A stretch of 62,850 nt of DNA, counting the filler, from Nitrospinae bacterium RIFCSPLOWO2_12_FULL_45_22 (GTDB lineage: Bacteria; 2-12-FULL-45-22), in NCBI GenBank assembly GCA_001803565.1. It is 7 parts of 7 records of this genome, joined end to end, with 100 filler letters (N's around TTAATTAATTAA, not from the genome) between each part and the next. Parts side by side here need not be neighbours in the genome. Positions count along the whole stretch, not along the records: positions 14,573 to 32,003 come from MHDQ01000179.1; positions 32,104 to 37,283 come from MHDQ01000180.1; positions 37,384 to 50,518 come from MHDQ01000181.1; 4 more parts are not named here. One strand, given 5' to 3'. This document shows positions 28,497 to 38,872 of this stretch, in pieces. The notes under the pieces are model-generated. The model saw only the letters and a program-made list of their open reading frames with translations, was not told the DNA's origin and searched no databases. The translations under genes were made by a program, and so were the position numbers. How positions within the stretch are numbered: position 1 is the stretch's first letter; each line of letters begins with the position of its first letter.

Positions 28497-30631
28497 TCAT
28501 TTCCAGGATATTTCTCCTACTGCTATCCCGATATCCCGGGCATCTGGAGATATGCCGGCCACTAATGGGTTCCAAACCCGGNNNNNNNNNNNNNNNNNNN
28601 NNNNNNCCAGGATATTTCTCCTACTGCTATCCCGATATCCCGGGCATCTGGAGATATGCCGGCCACTAATGGGTTCCAAACCCGGTCTACTTTAAAGGTC
28701 AAAACCACTCTATCTTTCTCGGTATCAGGCACTGGGTAGCTTAGCAGGCGCCAATTGTTGTCTTGCAAGATGGTCTCACCCAGAAGGTGATGATCTAAAT
28801 AGATTTGAACTTTCACGGGTTTGCTTCTGATAGCCGGATGGCTGCTTAAGATAGGGATAAAGATGGTCGTCCCTTTAACTTCTTGCTCAAGGGATGCTGT
28901 TTTCTTACTCCATCTAAATTTGAACTGGTTATTCCAGGTTTCCCCATGATACCAACCGCCAAAATCGGTCTTTACCCCTTCTACAATTTTAATTGCGGCT
29001 AATGATAGGAAAAGAAAAAGTATGATCATTCTTAATTTTGGTAAGAGTTTTCTCTGAGGGATTTCGATATTACCCAGTCTAGCCGCGAGGGATATGAGGG
29101 ATAGGTTTAACCAAAACATCAGCTCTAAGGCATGGATATAAAATAGATCTTGAACAAAGCTATAGACCACAAATCCAACTAAAAAACCTAAGCTTGCACC
29201 CGCTAAGCTCCTGACCCGTCTATCTCCTCCCTGCATAGTCCTGATTCCTATCTTAAAGGCCAGGTACAATAACCAACCAAAGATGAGTAAGCCTAAAATA
29301 CCCCTCTCAGCCAGTATTTGGAGGTGGTTGTTATGGGCAGTGCCGTGGTCCTGGTGATAGGCGGGGTGAGAAGGAGGGATATGTTCCAGATAGTTCCATG
29401 CATATGATCCTAAGCCTGCGCCCATAAGGGGGTGTTCGGTAAATATAACTAAGGCAACTTTTCCCAAGTGGAGTCTAACATCTCCCTGGGAGATAGAAGA
29501 GAACCTTTCCGCAATCTTTAATTCGACCAGTAAAGGTCTTAAAAGAACCAACGATAAAGCCAATGCTAATGTTATGGTACCTAAAGACCACCAGATTTTC
29601 CGGCGGGGGTTTTTTCTTTTTGCAGGGGTTTGGCTTGTTAATATAAATAATAGCAGCATACAGACTATTACCACAGGGTACGATACCCATCCCCCCCTGG
29701 CATAACTGAGGACGAGATTAATCGTGACCAGTATTGCCGTTAATAGCAAGAGCCACTTTCGATAGCCTTTCTGTATGGATATTAGAGCAAAAAGAAAGGG
29801 AGAGACCAGAATCAGGTATTCTGCGTACCAGCGTGGATTCCAGAAGGTAGCATGCACACAGTGCGAGGGTCCATAACGAAAATAATTGCGTGACCTCTCG
29901 AAGGTATACTCGCTCCATTCCAGCGGCAGGCTAATGATCTCCAGGTAGTCTAGTAAGCCATATAAGTTAGTCAAAATAAAGGAGACTAAGAGCCAAAATA
30001 TCAACCAATTTATTTGCTTCAAATTATCAAGGTTATTAATTGCAAACAAATATAGCAATACCCCGAATAGCAAGTTTAGAATGCATTGCATGGTATAGAG
30101 CGGATAATGCTCATTTACATTGGCTACCGCCCGGAAAAACTGGAAGATATCAGACCATTGAAAGGTATTCTGATAGAGGTATATGAGATAGGGAATGGCT
30201 GAGACCAGGCTTATGAGGAGAAACAGGATAATTGGCAAATCCAGATGGGTTCTATAAAATCTCAAGTCCTTTTCTTTCAGGAGGCGAATAATCCAGCTTG
30301 CTATAATAAGGAGAAGTAATATATCCAGGAGAAAGAGGTAAGGGCCGCTCGGGTGATTGCCGAAGAGGGGGACAAAGAAAACTAATGCGTAGAGTCCCCA
30401 TACAGGTTTTATAGAGGCGCAAACAAGGCCTATCCCTAAAAAGGTCAGGATAATGATCTGGAAAGTAGAGCCCCAATGAGGAGGGTAGGGGCCCTCTACC
30501 AAAGATATGTTTCTGGCGTGGTAAATTAGATAGAAAAATAAAGTGCCGATCCATATAGCCGCAAGAGATAATAAGATTCTGAAGAAAGGCAGGAACTTGC
30601 GAGAAGGCGAATAGTATTTATTTGATATCAT
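28497..30631 (-). CDS. O-antigen ligase/Wzy-family membrane protein with a C-terminal soluble domain
   Basis: ATFWNP, LSYARGGW, HPLMGAGLGSY and AHNNHLQILAERGILG; true end at 28497 (GEISWK*) once the duplicated sequence around the N-gap is collapsed. Confidence 0.85.
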
Positions 30632-30699
30632 TAAACCCGATAATTTTGTGTTCTATCTTATTCTGGCTAAACTATTACCCGGTTTTTCTTTTGGCCTCT

Positions 30700-32003
30700 T
30701 TATGAAATTCCTTTATCAATAAACATGCGGTGCCAGAGCTCCAACATCAGGAGGTTCCAGAGGAGATAGTGCCAGTTGCGGTAGCCACGGCTATGCTCAT
30801 CCAGCATCTGTTTAACATAGTTTTTGTTAAAATAGCCCCGCTGCAAAGCCCTGTTATCCAATAGGGTATCATAAGCCATCTCCTTTAGCTCCTTCCTGAA
30901 CCAGTGGTCTATCGGTACACCAAAACCCATCTTGGGGCGATTAAGGATTTCTGGAGGCATTAAGGGAGCCAGGGCCTTTTTGAGGATATATTTTTTTGTC
31001 CGGCCTTTGAGCTTGAGAGAACTGGGTATCTGGGCGGCCAATTCCATGAATTCATGATCCAGGAAAGGAGAACGGGCTTCCAAAGAGTGGGCCATAGAGG
31101 CAATATCTACCTTTACCAGCAGATCATCCGGTAGATAGCTATTTACATCTACCGAGAGGGTAGCATCAATAAAATCCAGGGCATCAGAGGTGGCGTACCA
31201 GTGTTCCAGAAGACTCATGGAATCTATCTCACCGACTAATCTTTTAAATTCATTGGTGTATAGATCATCTTTCTGGTCGTTGCTAAAATGGATAAGCCAA
31301 TGTCCATAGCGTCGTTCCCGTGACTCAGCCAATGCCTCAAGGAACCGCTTCCCTCGCCGCAAGAAACTCCGGGGATCAGTAGAATAAGGCAGGAGGAAGA
31401 GCATTTTATGAATCTGGCTCCGCAAAAAACCCGGCAAACAATCATACCAGGAAGCTAGTTTATTAGCAACATAGCGGTCATAACCAGCAAAATTTTCATC
31501 CCCCGCATCCCCATTCAAAGCTACAGTGACATATTCCCGGGTCATCTTGACCAGATAATAGGTAGGGATAGCCGAGGAGTCAGCAAAAGGTTCATTGTAA
31601 TGCCAGATAAGCTTGGGGAAGATTTCTATCGCATTAGGTTTAACAATAAACTCGTGGTGCTCGGTCTGATATCTTTGAGCAATTAACCGGGCATAAGGCA
31701 GCTCATTATATTCCTCCTCTTCAAAGCCAATAGAGAAGGTCTTGATTGGTCCTGAACTTAGTTGTGTCATAAGGGCTACGACTGCACTTGAGTCAATGCC
31801 ACCACTCAAAAAGGCCCCTAAGGGGACATCGCTGATCATCCTTAACCGTACAGCCTCCTGTAGTTTTTCCATGATAGCCTCTGTCCATTCCTCTTCCGAG
31901 CGGTGTTGCTTATGGGCATAAGAGAGCTTCCAGTAGCGGCTAATTTTTATCTGGCCATTCTCCAGGGTAAGGATATGTCCGGGTGGTAATTTATTTATCC
32001 CTT
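30700..32003 (-). CDS. asnB: Asparagine synthase (glutamine-hydrolysing)-like amidotransferase, 5'-truncated
   Basis: KLPPGH, SDVPLGAFLSGGIDSS, EPFADSS, GDAGDENFAGY, LEARSPFLD and RPKMGF. Confidence 0.92.
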
Positions 32004-32103
32004 NNNNNNNNNNNNNNNNNNNNNNNNNNNNNNNNNNNNNNNNNNNNTTAATTAATTAANNNNNNNNNNNNNNNNNNNNNNNNNNNNNNNNNNNNNNNNN
32101 NNN

Positions 32104-33769
32104 CCCGCTTATTGGCATGGCATGTTACGCAGATGGCCGAGTCATGGGCTTCTACGGAAACACCCGCAGGCATATGCACCTCACCCTGTACCCGCAACTG
32201 GTAAGAATGGGCCCGGCCACTGCTATCCGTTCGGTCGGTATTGGGAAAGCTATGAGGGTCGTGGCAGGTAGGGCAGGCAATGGGTGGCTGGCTGCCCGGC
32301 TCAAAGAGCGTCGCCGGTTTATCAGCCGTAGCATCAGCCGGGAAGATGGCCTCTTTACCCCGCATCTTTACCTGGATAAAGCCCTGGCCAGTATGGCACT
32401 CGACACAACTGGTACCTCCGGCCATATGCAGTTCTGGCTCTTTACTGTGGGCAGCATTTTTAAACTCATAATACTGCGGGTGGCACTGGGTACAGACATA
32501 GTGGTCATAGGTCAGATGGCTCTCCTCACTGGGGTGGTTGGCGCCGGGGCCATGGCACTGCTCGCACTGGATATTCATAATTTTTTGTATACCGGCCGTT
32601 GCCGGGTCATCCAGGAAGGCGGTCAGGGTAGCCCATTTCTCTTTGAGCCAGGCGATGGCGCTTTTATCTTTCGTCGGGTCGAAGCCCGCCTTCTTTGCCT
32701 CCTCATCAAACCCACCACTATTATCCGTCTCATCGTAGCCGGTCACGTGACACCGGATACAGTAAGGAGATGCAGCCGAGTAGCTGGCATAGGTGTTTTC
32801 AAATTTGGCAGCATGACCAGTGCTGATGAAAGAACTGTAGACCGCGGCCTCTTCGCCTACCAATGACGGGTTATTGTGGCAGGTAGCACAATTGGCTATT
32901 CCCACAAACTTACCGGCATAGACCTTGAATGAATATGAGGAGGTCACGCCATCTTCGCTGGTAGCGATAACCTTTATCTGGTAGATACCGGCCTTATCGG
33001 CCAGGAAGCGCTGATACTTAGGGGCCGGGTAAGTAGTGGTATCATAGTTATCCATCAACTTAGCTGTAGAGCCACCCGGTGGGGTCAATTCCCAGGACCA
33101 ACTGGTTATTGCCTTTTCCCGTTCATCATGGGCTTTCCCTTCNNNNNNNNNNNNNNNNNNNNNNNNNNNNNNNNNNNNNNNNNNNNNNNNNNNNNNNNNN
33201 NNNNNNNNNNNNNNNNNNNNNNNNNNNNNNNNNNNNNNNNNNNNNNNNNNNNNNNNNNNNNNNNNNNNNCCCCGGGTACCATAAGCCCCCTTCATCTTGG
33301 CCAGGGCAAAGGGGACGGTCTTGTCTACGACCGTGGCAGTGGCGCTGCCCGAGGCGATAACCTGTAGGGCAGCGGGGGATGAGCCCGGGGCAGTAAAGAC
33401 CCCCCAGAAGGTATAGCTGCCATTAGCTAAACTAGCTGGTACCGTAGCAGAAAAATAGGTCCCCTTACCTGTGGTAACCGGCCAGGAAGACTTATAGGCC
33501 ACTGGGTCAGTAGACCAGGCGCCATCCCCAGCCAGATAGACATAACTCTTATCCGGGAGTTGTAGAGCCAGATAAAAGTCTACGGTGTTGTTCTGATCCC
33601 CGGCCTTAATGTCATAATTCAGGGTAATGGTATCCTTAGCCTTGCCATACTTGGCCTTGTTGAGGATCAAACTGATGGATGGATTAGCGGCCATAACTAC
33701 CGAAACCGATGTCAAGCAAAAAGCCAATACTATTACTCCTATCGTCCATCTCTTGATCGCTACTCCCAT
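32104..33769 (-). CDS. Secreted multiheme c-type cytochrome (at least 7 CxxCH), 3'-truncated, with an internal N-gap
   Basis: Signal peptide; CATCH, CIRCH, CEQCH, CTQCH, CVECH, CPTCH and CVTCH. Confidence 0.9.
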
Positions 33770-33885
33770 CTCCTGCCTCCTTTCTTAAGTTCCAGCAACC
33801 ATAAAAAGAACCACTCTCACTTCCAAAAATTTGCTGCTCTTTATAATTAAAAGTTATTTCCTAGAAAACCACCCCCCTTCTGACT

Positions 33886-34086
33886 TCAATTGAGGGAAAA
33901 TTGTTCCCCTTTGACTCTTCTTACAATATCCTCTGCCTTACCCAGATAGATATTCTTAGTAACTACCCGGCTGGGCCCTGAGCCCCGGGCTTTGCCGCCC
34001 AGGGAGCCGTCTAGCTTTATCCGTTGAGAATGCCGGTAGTAGTAATGATATTTTCTTCCCCGTTTAACCTCATATATCTTTCCCAT
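33886..34086 (-). CDS. Small basic protein resembling the N-terminal DNA-binding region of IS1634-type transposases
   Basis: KRGRKYHYYYRHSQR...KNIYLGKAEDIV pattern; strong GGAGGAG RBS. Confidence 0.5.
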   Translation of the reverse strand: MGKIYEVKRGRKYHYYYRHSQRIKLDGSLGGKARGSGPSRVVTKNIYLGKAEDIVRRVKGEQFSLN

Positions 34087-34285
34087 CCTTCTCCTCCAGT
34101 TAGAGACCAGGTCAGGAGAGCCTCTCCTGCCTCGCCAGGTAGCACTGACTCTCCTAACTCAGCAAAGAGTGTCCTTCTAACTATCCAGCCACCACGGACG
34201 CTAAGTCTCACTAAGGTTTTTTTCTCTTTAGGCCCCTTTCGTCTCACTTCGTGGTTTTCGTGGTTAAATAGCACCAAATAAAATG

Positions 34286-34300
34286 GCAATTTTTGTGCCA
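34286..34300 (-). promoter_or_regulatory. Sigma54 (-24/-12) promoter facing the small ORF and the multiheme cytochrome
   Basis: Minus strand TGGCAC-AAAAA-TTGC. Confidence 0.75.
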
Positions 34301-34527
34301 TTAGATTTTTAACCCGGGCGATTGCTTATTAAATATTGGGAAGCCCACTTTTTATAGGGATAAGGGGCTCTTCAGGATATGGACTTTAATTAGGTAGGAC
34401 ACTTATGGGATGTAACCAAATTGATCCACTAAAAAGCTATGGTTTCGGCTTGAGGCAGATAGACAGAGGGATTACGGGGTGCAACACTTTGTTACTCAGG
34501 TGAGCCGAAATGGGGGCATCATATAGT

Positions 34528-35367
34528 TTACACCTCTAAAACGGTACCCACTGGGCAAAAGAAGAATTTCTCACCAAATTCCTGCAACATCCTTAATGCC
34601 GGTAGCATGCCGGTGCAATGGGACACCCCAATCTTTTGCACCGCGCCGGCCTTAAGCGCCCGAGTAGTCTCATCTAGTTGTTCCTGGCTGGTAAAGGCCA
34701 GATGGGTACCGCCAATTATGGCATAGATGCCGGACTTGCCGGTCTTTTCTCTTACATAGTTCAAAATATTCACCAGCCCGGCATGGGAGCAGCCGAGTAT
34801 TACTACTAACCCCTGGGCCGTCTCCATTACCACTGTGAGATCATCCTGGATCATATCTTGCTCATACCCCTTTGCTCCTTTGACTACCAGCTTAGGGTCA
34901 CCTTTTTCAAAGGTAGTGCAGCGGGGTATCTCACCGGTCAGGAAGAGCCCTGGAGCTATCTCTTGATACTGCTGGACAAAGACGAACTGGGCGCCATAAC
35001 TCTCCAGGATACTCCGTTTAAAAGGCATACCTACATCGAACTCTTTGCCCTCTATCTGGATAGAATAGCTGTCTTTAAAGATATCGGGATGGGCATATAC
35101 CTTTACCGGCCCTGAGGCTTGCAAGACAGCGAGTAAGCCCCCGGTATGGTCAGAGTGGTGATGGCTCAGGATAATGCCCTGGAGATTCCGTAAATCTTTT
35201 CTAAAGACCCGGGCATTATTGATAATCGTCATACCCTGGCCTGTATCTAAAAGGAAATTCCCCTGGTCGGTCTCCAGGAATACTGCCCAGCCATGCTCCG
35301 CAGTAGCCCCCCAACTGGCTACTCCGAAGACGCTATTTTCACACAATACTGTTATCTTCGCCTTCAT
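34528..35367 (-). CDS. MBL-fold metallo-hydrolase
   Basis: AEHGW, LLDTGQ, LSHHHSDHTGG, GCSHAG, GGTH and HCTG. Confidence 0.9.
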   Translation of the reverse strand: MKAKITVLCENSVFGVASWGATAEHGWAVFLETDQGNFLLDTGQGMTIINNARVFRKDLRNLQGIILSHHHSDHTGGLLAVLQASGPVKVYAHPDIFKDSYSIQIEGKEFDVGMPFKRSILESYGAQFVFVQQYQEIAPGLFLTGEIPRCTTFEKGDPKLVVKGAKGYEQDMIQDDLTVVMETAQGLVVILGCSHAGLVNILNYVREKTGKSGIYAIIGGTHLAFTSQEQLDETTRALKAGAVQKIGVSHCTGMLPALRMLQEFGEKFFFCPVGTVLEV

Positions 35368-35520
35368 AATCCCTTATCCCCCGGTTATCGTGGATTATTC
35401 ATAACCGCAGAGCTTGCTATATTGTAGTTGTGGAAAATAAAAAAGGCTATACTCCTTTCCACAAAAACAGATAACGCGAGTTGGCTTATTGTAGCCAACA
35501 AAGGGAAAGGAGATAGCCTT

Positions 35521-36777
35521 ATGGAACCTATATTTAGTGTATCGCAAAAAGCTAAAATTAGCAACGAGAGTTTGATGGTTGGGGTAGATATTGCCAAGAA
35601 GACTAATAAGGGGTATTGTCGTACTCCCGATGGCCAGGAGGTTAAGCCCTTTAATTTTGACAATAATATCCCTGGGTTCAATAATCTTTGGAAGACAATC
35701 CAGATAGCTATGGAGAGGTACAAGCTCAAAGGGGCCATAGTAGGATTTGAGTCTAGCGGTTCTTATGGGGAGCCTTTGCAGCACTTTCTGAAAGACAAGG
35801 CCCAGGTTCATCTGGTTCAAGTAAACCCTATGCACACCAAGCGGGTCAAAGAGCTTAATGACAACTCTCCTAACAAGAGCGATAAAAAGGATCCCAGGGT
35901 GATAGTCGATATTATCCAGTTGGGGCATTTTCTCAGTTGCACACTCCCAGAGGGTGCTGCTGCAGAGTTGCGTAACCTTAGCCATGAGAGAGATTTCCAG
36001 ATGAATTTGCACACCCAGATTTCTAATCGTCTCCACTGGTTGGTGTATCGGGTCTTTCCTGAGTTTACCCAAGTCATTAATGACCCCCTTTGCCAGACAG
36101 GTCGCTATCTCCTGAGGGAGTATAGCACGACTGGGCAGATAGCCGCTTTGGGTTTGGAGAGGCTTACCCGGATAATGAAGGAGAAGAGCCGGGGCCAACT
36201 GGGTCCCGGGCACGCCCTGAGGCTTTGGGAGGCAGCCAAAAATTCTGTAGGGATAAAGGTGGGCCTTGAGAGTATCTGTGGCGAGATAAGAAGAGTTTTG
36301 CAGCAGATAGAGCAAATAGAAGAGACCATTCAAGAGATAGAGGCCCAGATGCTTAAGTGGCTGGGAGAGGTCCCTTACAGTCCGAGACTGCTTTCTATCC
36401 CTGGGGTAAAGTTGATTACCGCTGCCGGTATTATAGGGGAGGTAGCGGATTTTAATAAGTTCTCTGGCCCGAAGGCCCTTATGAAATTGGCCGGGCTTAA
36501 TCTTTATGAGATAAGCTCCGGTAATTACCAGGGGGAACGGCACATCTCCAAACGGGGTCGGCCTTTGTTGAGAAAGCTGCTTTATTTTGCCGCTCTTAAT
36601 GCCACCAAAAGGGGTGGAATTATGTACCAGAAGTATCAAGAGATGATAGGGCGAGGCATGAAGAAGCTGAAAGCGCAGATAGCCATCTCCAGGAAGTTGC
36701 TCCGGCTTATGTATGCCCTGGTACGAGATAATAGAGACTATACGCATAACTACTCCGAGTTAAGAAAAGCGGCTTAG
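35521..36777 (+). CDS. IS110-family recombinase/transposase
   Basis: DEDD residues (VGVDIAK, GFESSG, KSDKKDP); Tnp_20 domain SIPGV...AGL..EISSG...ISKRGRPLLR; AAAGGAG RBS. Confidence 0.95.
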   Translation: MEPIFSVSQKAKISNESLMVGVDIAKKTNKGYCRTPDGQEVKPFNFDNNIPGFNNLWKTIQIAMERYKLKGAIVGFESSGSYGEPLQHFLKDKAQVHLVQVNPMHTKRVKELNDNSPNKSDKKDPRVIVDIIQLGHFLSCTLPEGAAAELRNLSHERDFQMNLHTQISNRLHWLVYRVFPEFTQVINDPLCQTGRYLLREYSTTGQIAALGLERLTRIMKEKSRGQLGPGHALRLWEAAKNSVGIKVGLESICGEIRRVLQQIEQIEETIQEIEAQMLKWLGEVPYSPRLLSIPGVKLITAAGIIGEVADFNKFSGPKALMKLAGLNLYEISSGNYQGERHISKRGRPLLRKLLYFAALNATKRGGIMYQKYQEMIGRGMKKLKAQIAISRKLLRLMYALVRDNRDYTHNYSELRKAA

Positions 36778-36783
36778 GGCTTT

Positions 36784-36940
36784 AGGAGGGGGAGATTATC
36801 ATCGGCGTCATTGAGGCGCTTAAGGCGACCTCCTCGCAGAGCTTATATAACTCCCTCTCCTCTGACCACCTAGCCTCTATGAAGCAAGGTCAGGGCACAG
36901 AGCTCTGTGATCCTCAAAGTACCAGAGTTAGGCAAGGTGG
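36784..36940 (+). ncRNA. Putative bridge/seek RNA of the IS110 element
   Basis: Two stem-enclosed internal loops. Loop 1 has GCGTC (36805-36809) and CGCAGAG (36835-36841), matching the target strands. Loop 2 has AGCAAG (36883-36888) and ACCAG (36921-36925), matching the donor junction strands. Confidence 0.7.
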
Positions 36941-37450
36941 AAAAAGGCAATAAAGCCGTAAAGAGTTTTATAAACAGGTTTATTCACTGTTCTTTTAAAA
37001 ATAGGGTTCTGGTTTTAGCAGTAGTTTCAAGGGGTTAGAGGGCTTTCCACAATTTAACGGAGTTATTAGTCTCCCCCCCAAGCCCCCCCTCATTACTACT
37101 ACTACTGCTAATAAAAAATACTTGACTACAATAAACCAGACGCAAAGAGGATAATGGGTCATTAGGTCATTGGGTGACTACGTTATTGCGCCATTACTTA
37201 ATAACCCAATAACCCAATAACGTAATGACCTATTGGGGGTCATTGCGTTCTTAGCGCCTTTGCGGTGTATAAGCGGTGTATAANNNNNNNNNNNNNNNNN
37301 NNNNNNNNNNNNNNNNNNNNNNNNNNNTTAATTAATTAANNNNNNNNNNNNNNNNNNNNNNNNNNNNNNNNNNNNNNNNNNNNGCACGAATAGAATTGAT
37401 GCCTACAAATGAGGCTGACCTTGTTATTGCGCGCAGAGCGAAATTGAGGG

Positions 37451-37475
37451 TAGCGGGGGACGAGCCCCCGCTACC
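37451..37475 (-). terminator. GTAG-type REP-like hairpin or terminator after the gene
   Basis: GTAGCGGGGG-ACGAG-CCCCCGCTAC, 5 nt past the stop codon at 37481. Confidence 0.55.
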
Positions 37476-37480
37476 ATACC

Positions 37481-38872
37481 TTATTTCAGCTCCTGGAACT
37501 TGGTGCCATTGGCCCAGCCCCAGGCATCAAACCCACCCCGGGCCTTCCACATATCCTGGTACCGCGTGACCTTGGCCTTCATCTCCGGGTCAAGCCGCGC
37601 TACCCCAGCCCGATCCTTATGCGTTTTTTCTTCATATAGGGGAACGTAGGGCGGGAATTGTTCGGCCTTGGTTACTGCTCGATAGCCCGGTGCAGATCGC
37701 CAGAAATACTCCTTACTCAGCTCGGTCATGGTATACTTAGTATCGGGGATCGGCTGTCCAAACTTGAAACCCCCATACCAACCATAGCCTCTATAATCTC
37801 GCTGCCAATCGCCTATGGCAATAGTGGTTCTCCCCCAGGCTGTTCTACCATTATAGCTATTAGGATAGGGCTTCCAGGTTTGTTCGCCAAGTCCAATCCG
37901 GACATAGTTACCTTCATGGTCATACTGCTCCTCATGCAGTTGGAGCTTGGTATGTTTCTCTATCCAGTAGAGGATATACCCAAGATAGTAATTTGGATCT
38001 TTAGGTATAGCCTTGACCACCCAGCACTCTATGCCCCCATCCTCCCGGTAGGGGTTCTGACTATCACCCCAGACCCCCTGGCCCGGATAGACCGGGTTGT
38101 CTACAATGACCTTGGGGTCCCCCAGGATGTCATGACCCTTTATCCCATTAACCTCATAGAGGACATCCTCAGCGATAATCTCATAGGTATACTCCCAGAA
38201 TTGCCGCTCGCCATTGTCATCATTGCTTGCGGGAAAACCGAGGGTATCGTCCTGGCGGTCACCTCCGGCCGAGCGCCTCACTCGCCTCAGGGCCGGCACC
38301 CAGGAGTAGCGGTCCGGGTCCTTCCATTTACCCGGGGCATTATCATACTTGACTACCAGTTGGGCAAGCCCCCGGATCTCGGGTGGGTTATCCAGGATAG
38401 TGAAGGCCTTCTGGTAGATACTACTGATCCCCTGCCTATAGTGGATCACCTCATCAAACCTCTCCCAGGAATGGGTCCGCATGATATAAAAGTTCTTGCT
38501 AATCACCAAACCCCGTTTGTTTATAGTAGGCAGATAACCAAAATAATCCTGGGTCTTACCCCCCTCGGCCCCCCAGAAGGCGCATTCCCTGAACCAGAGC
38601 AGCTCCTCACCGGTATAGGGGACATCCTTGCGGGGCCAGGAGGGCTTCCAGGGGAAGGGGTCTTTAAGCACCCAGGGGTACTGCGGGTGGCGTTTATCCG
38701 GGGCAGTCAAGTCCTTTACTGGCTCAGCATAAGGGGTCCAGCCTTTAATGGTGACTGGTGCTGGGGCATATTTGTCTGCCGGCTGTTGCGCTAATACCGT
38801 ACCTGGCTGGAGCCACCAGAACCCCAGGGCAAGCAAGGCAACCATTAGAAACATCATCTTTCTCTTTTGCAT
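37481..38872 (-). CDS. DUF1329/LolA-like periplasmic protein, copy 2
   Basis: Signal peptide; PPEIRG..L, WVPALRRVRR..GGDRQDD and PKDPNYY motifs. Confidence 0.75.
   Translation of the reverse strand: MQKRKMMFLMVALLALGFWWLQPGTVLAQQPADKYAPAPVTIKGWTPYAEPVKDLTAPDKRHPQYPWVLKDPFPWKPSWPRKDVPYTGEELLWFRECAFWGAEGGKTQDYFGYLPTINKRGLVISKNFYIMRTHSWERFDEVIHYRQGISSIYQKAFTILDNPPEIRGLAQLVVKYDNAPGKWKDPDRYSWVPALRRVRRSAGGDRQDDTLGFPASNDDNGERQFWEYTYEIIAEDVLYEVNGIKGHDILGDPKVIVDNPVYPGQGVWGDSQNPYREDGGIECWVVKAIPKDPNYYLGYILYWIEKHTKLQLHEEQYDHEGNYVRIGLGEQTWKPYPNSYNGRTAWGRTTIAIGDWQRDYRGYGWYGGFKFGQPIPDTKYTMTELSKEYFWRSAPGYRAVTKAEQFPPYVPLYEEKTHKDRAGVARLDPEMKAKVTRYQDMWKARGGFDAWGWANGTKFQELK

Larger units (their letters stand above)
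35413..37137 (+). mobile_element. Complete IS110-family element with IS1111-type layout
   Basis: AG core on both sides (35411-35412, 37138-37139); subterminal inverted repeats TATTGTAGT (35420-35428) / ACTACAATA (37125-37133); long downstream non-coding region; junction forms TTGACT-N17-TATATT. Confidence 0.88.

Noticed and set aside
28505-28685. Direct repeat of about 77 bp at the end of the O-antigen ligase gene (possible VR/TR pair or att site)
   Set aside because: The copies are identical and flank a 25-N scaffold gap, as expected for an unmerged contig overlap; there are no adenine-specific differences and no reverse transcriptase nearby.
35395-36747. 450-aa ORF antisense to the IS110 recombinase
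   Set aside because: It mirrors the transposase and has no recognisable motifs; treated as a shadow ORF.
37658-38794. 378-aa plus-strand ORF (also 40070-40894, 42475-43029, 44341-44895 and 32117-32866)
   Set aside because: These are antisense shadows of well-supported genes and are not kept at equal length between the duplicated copies.
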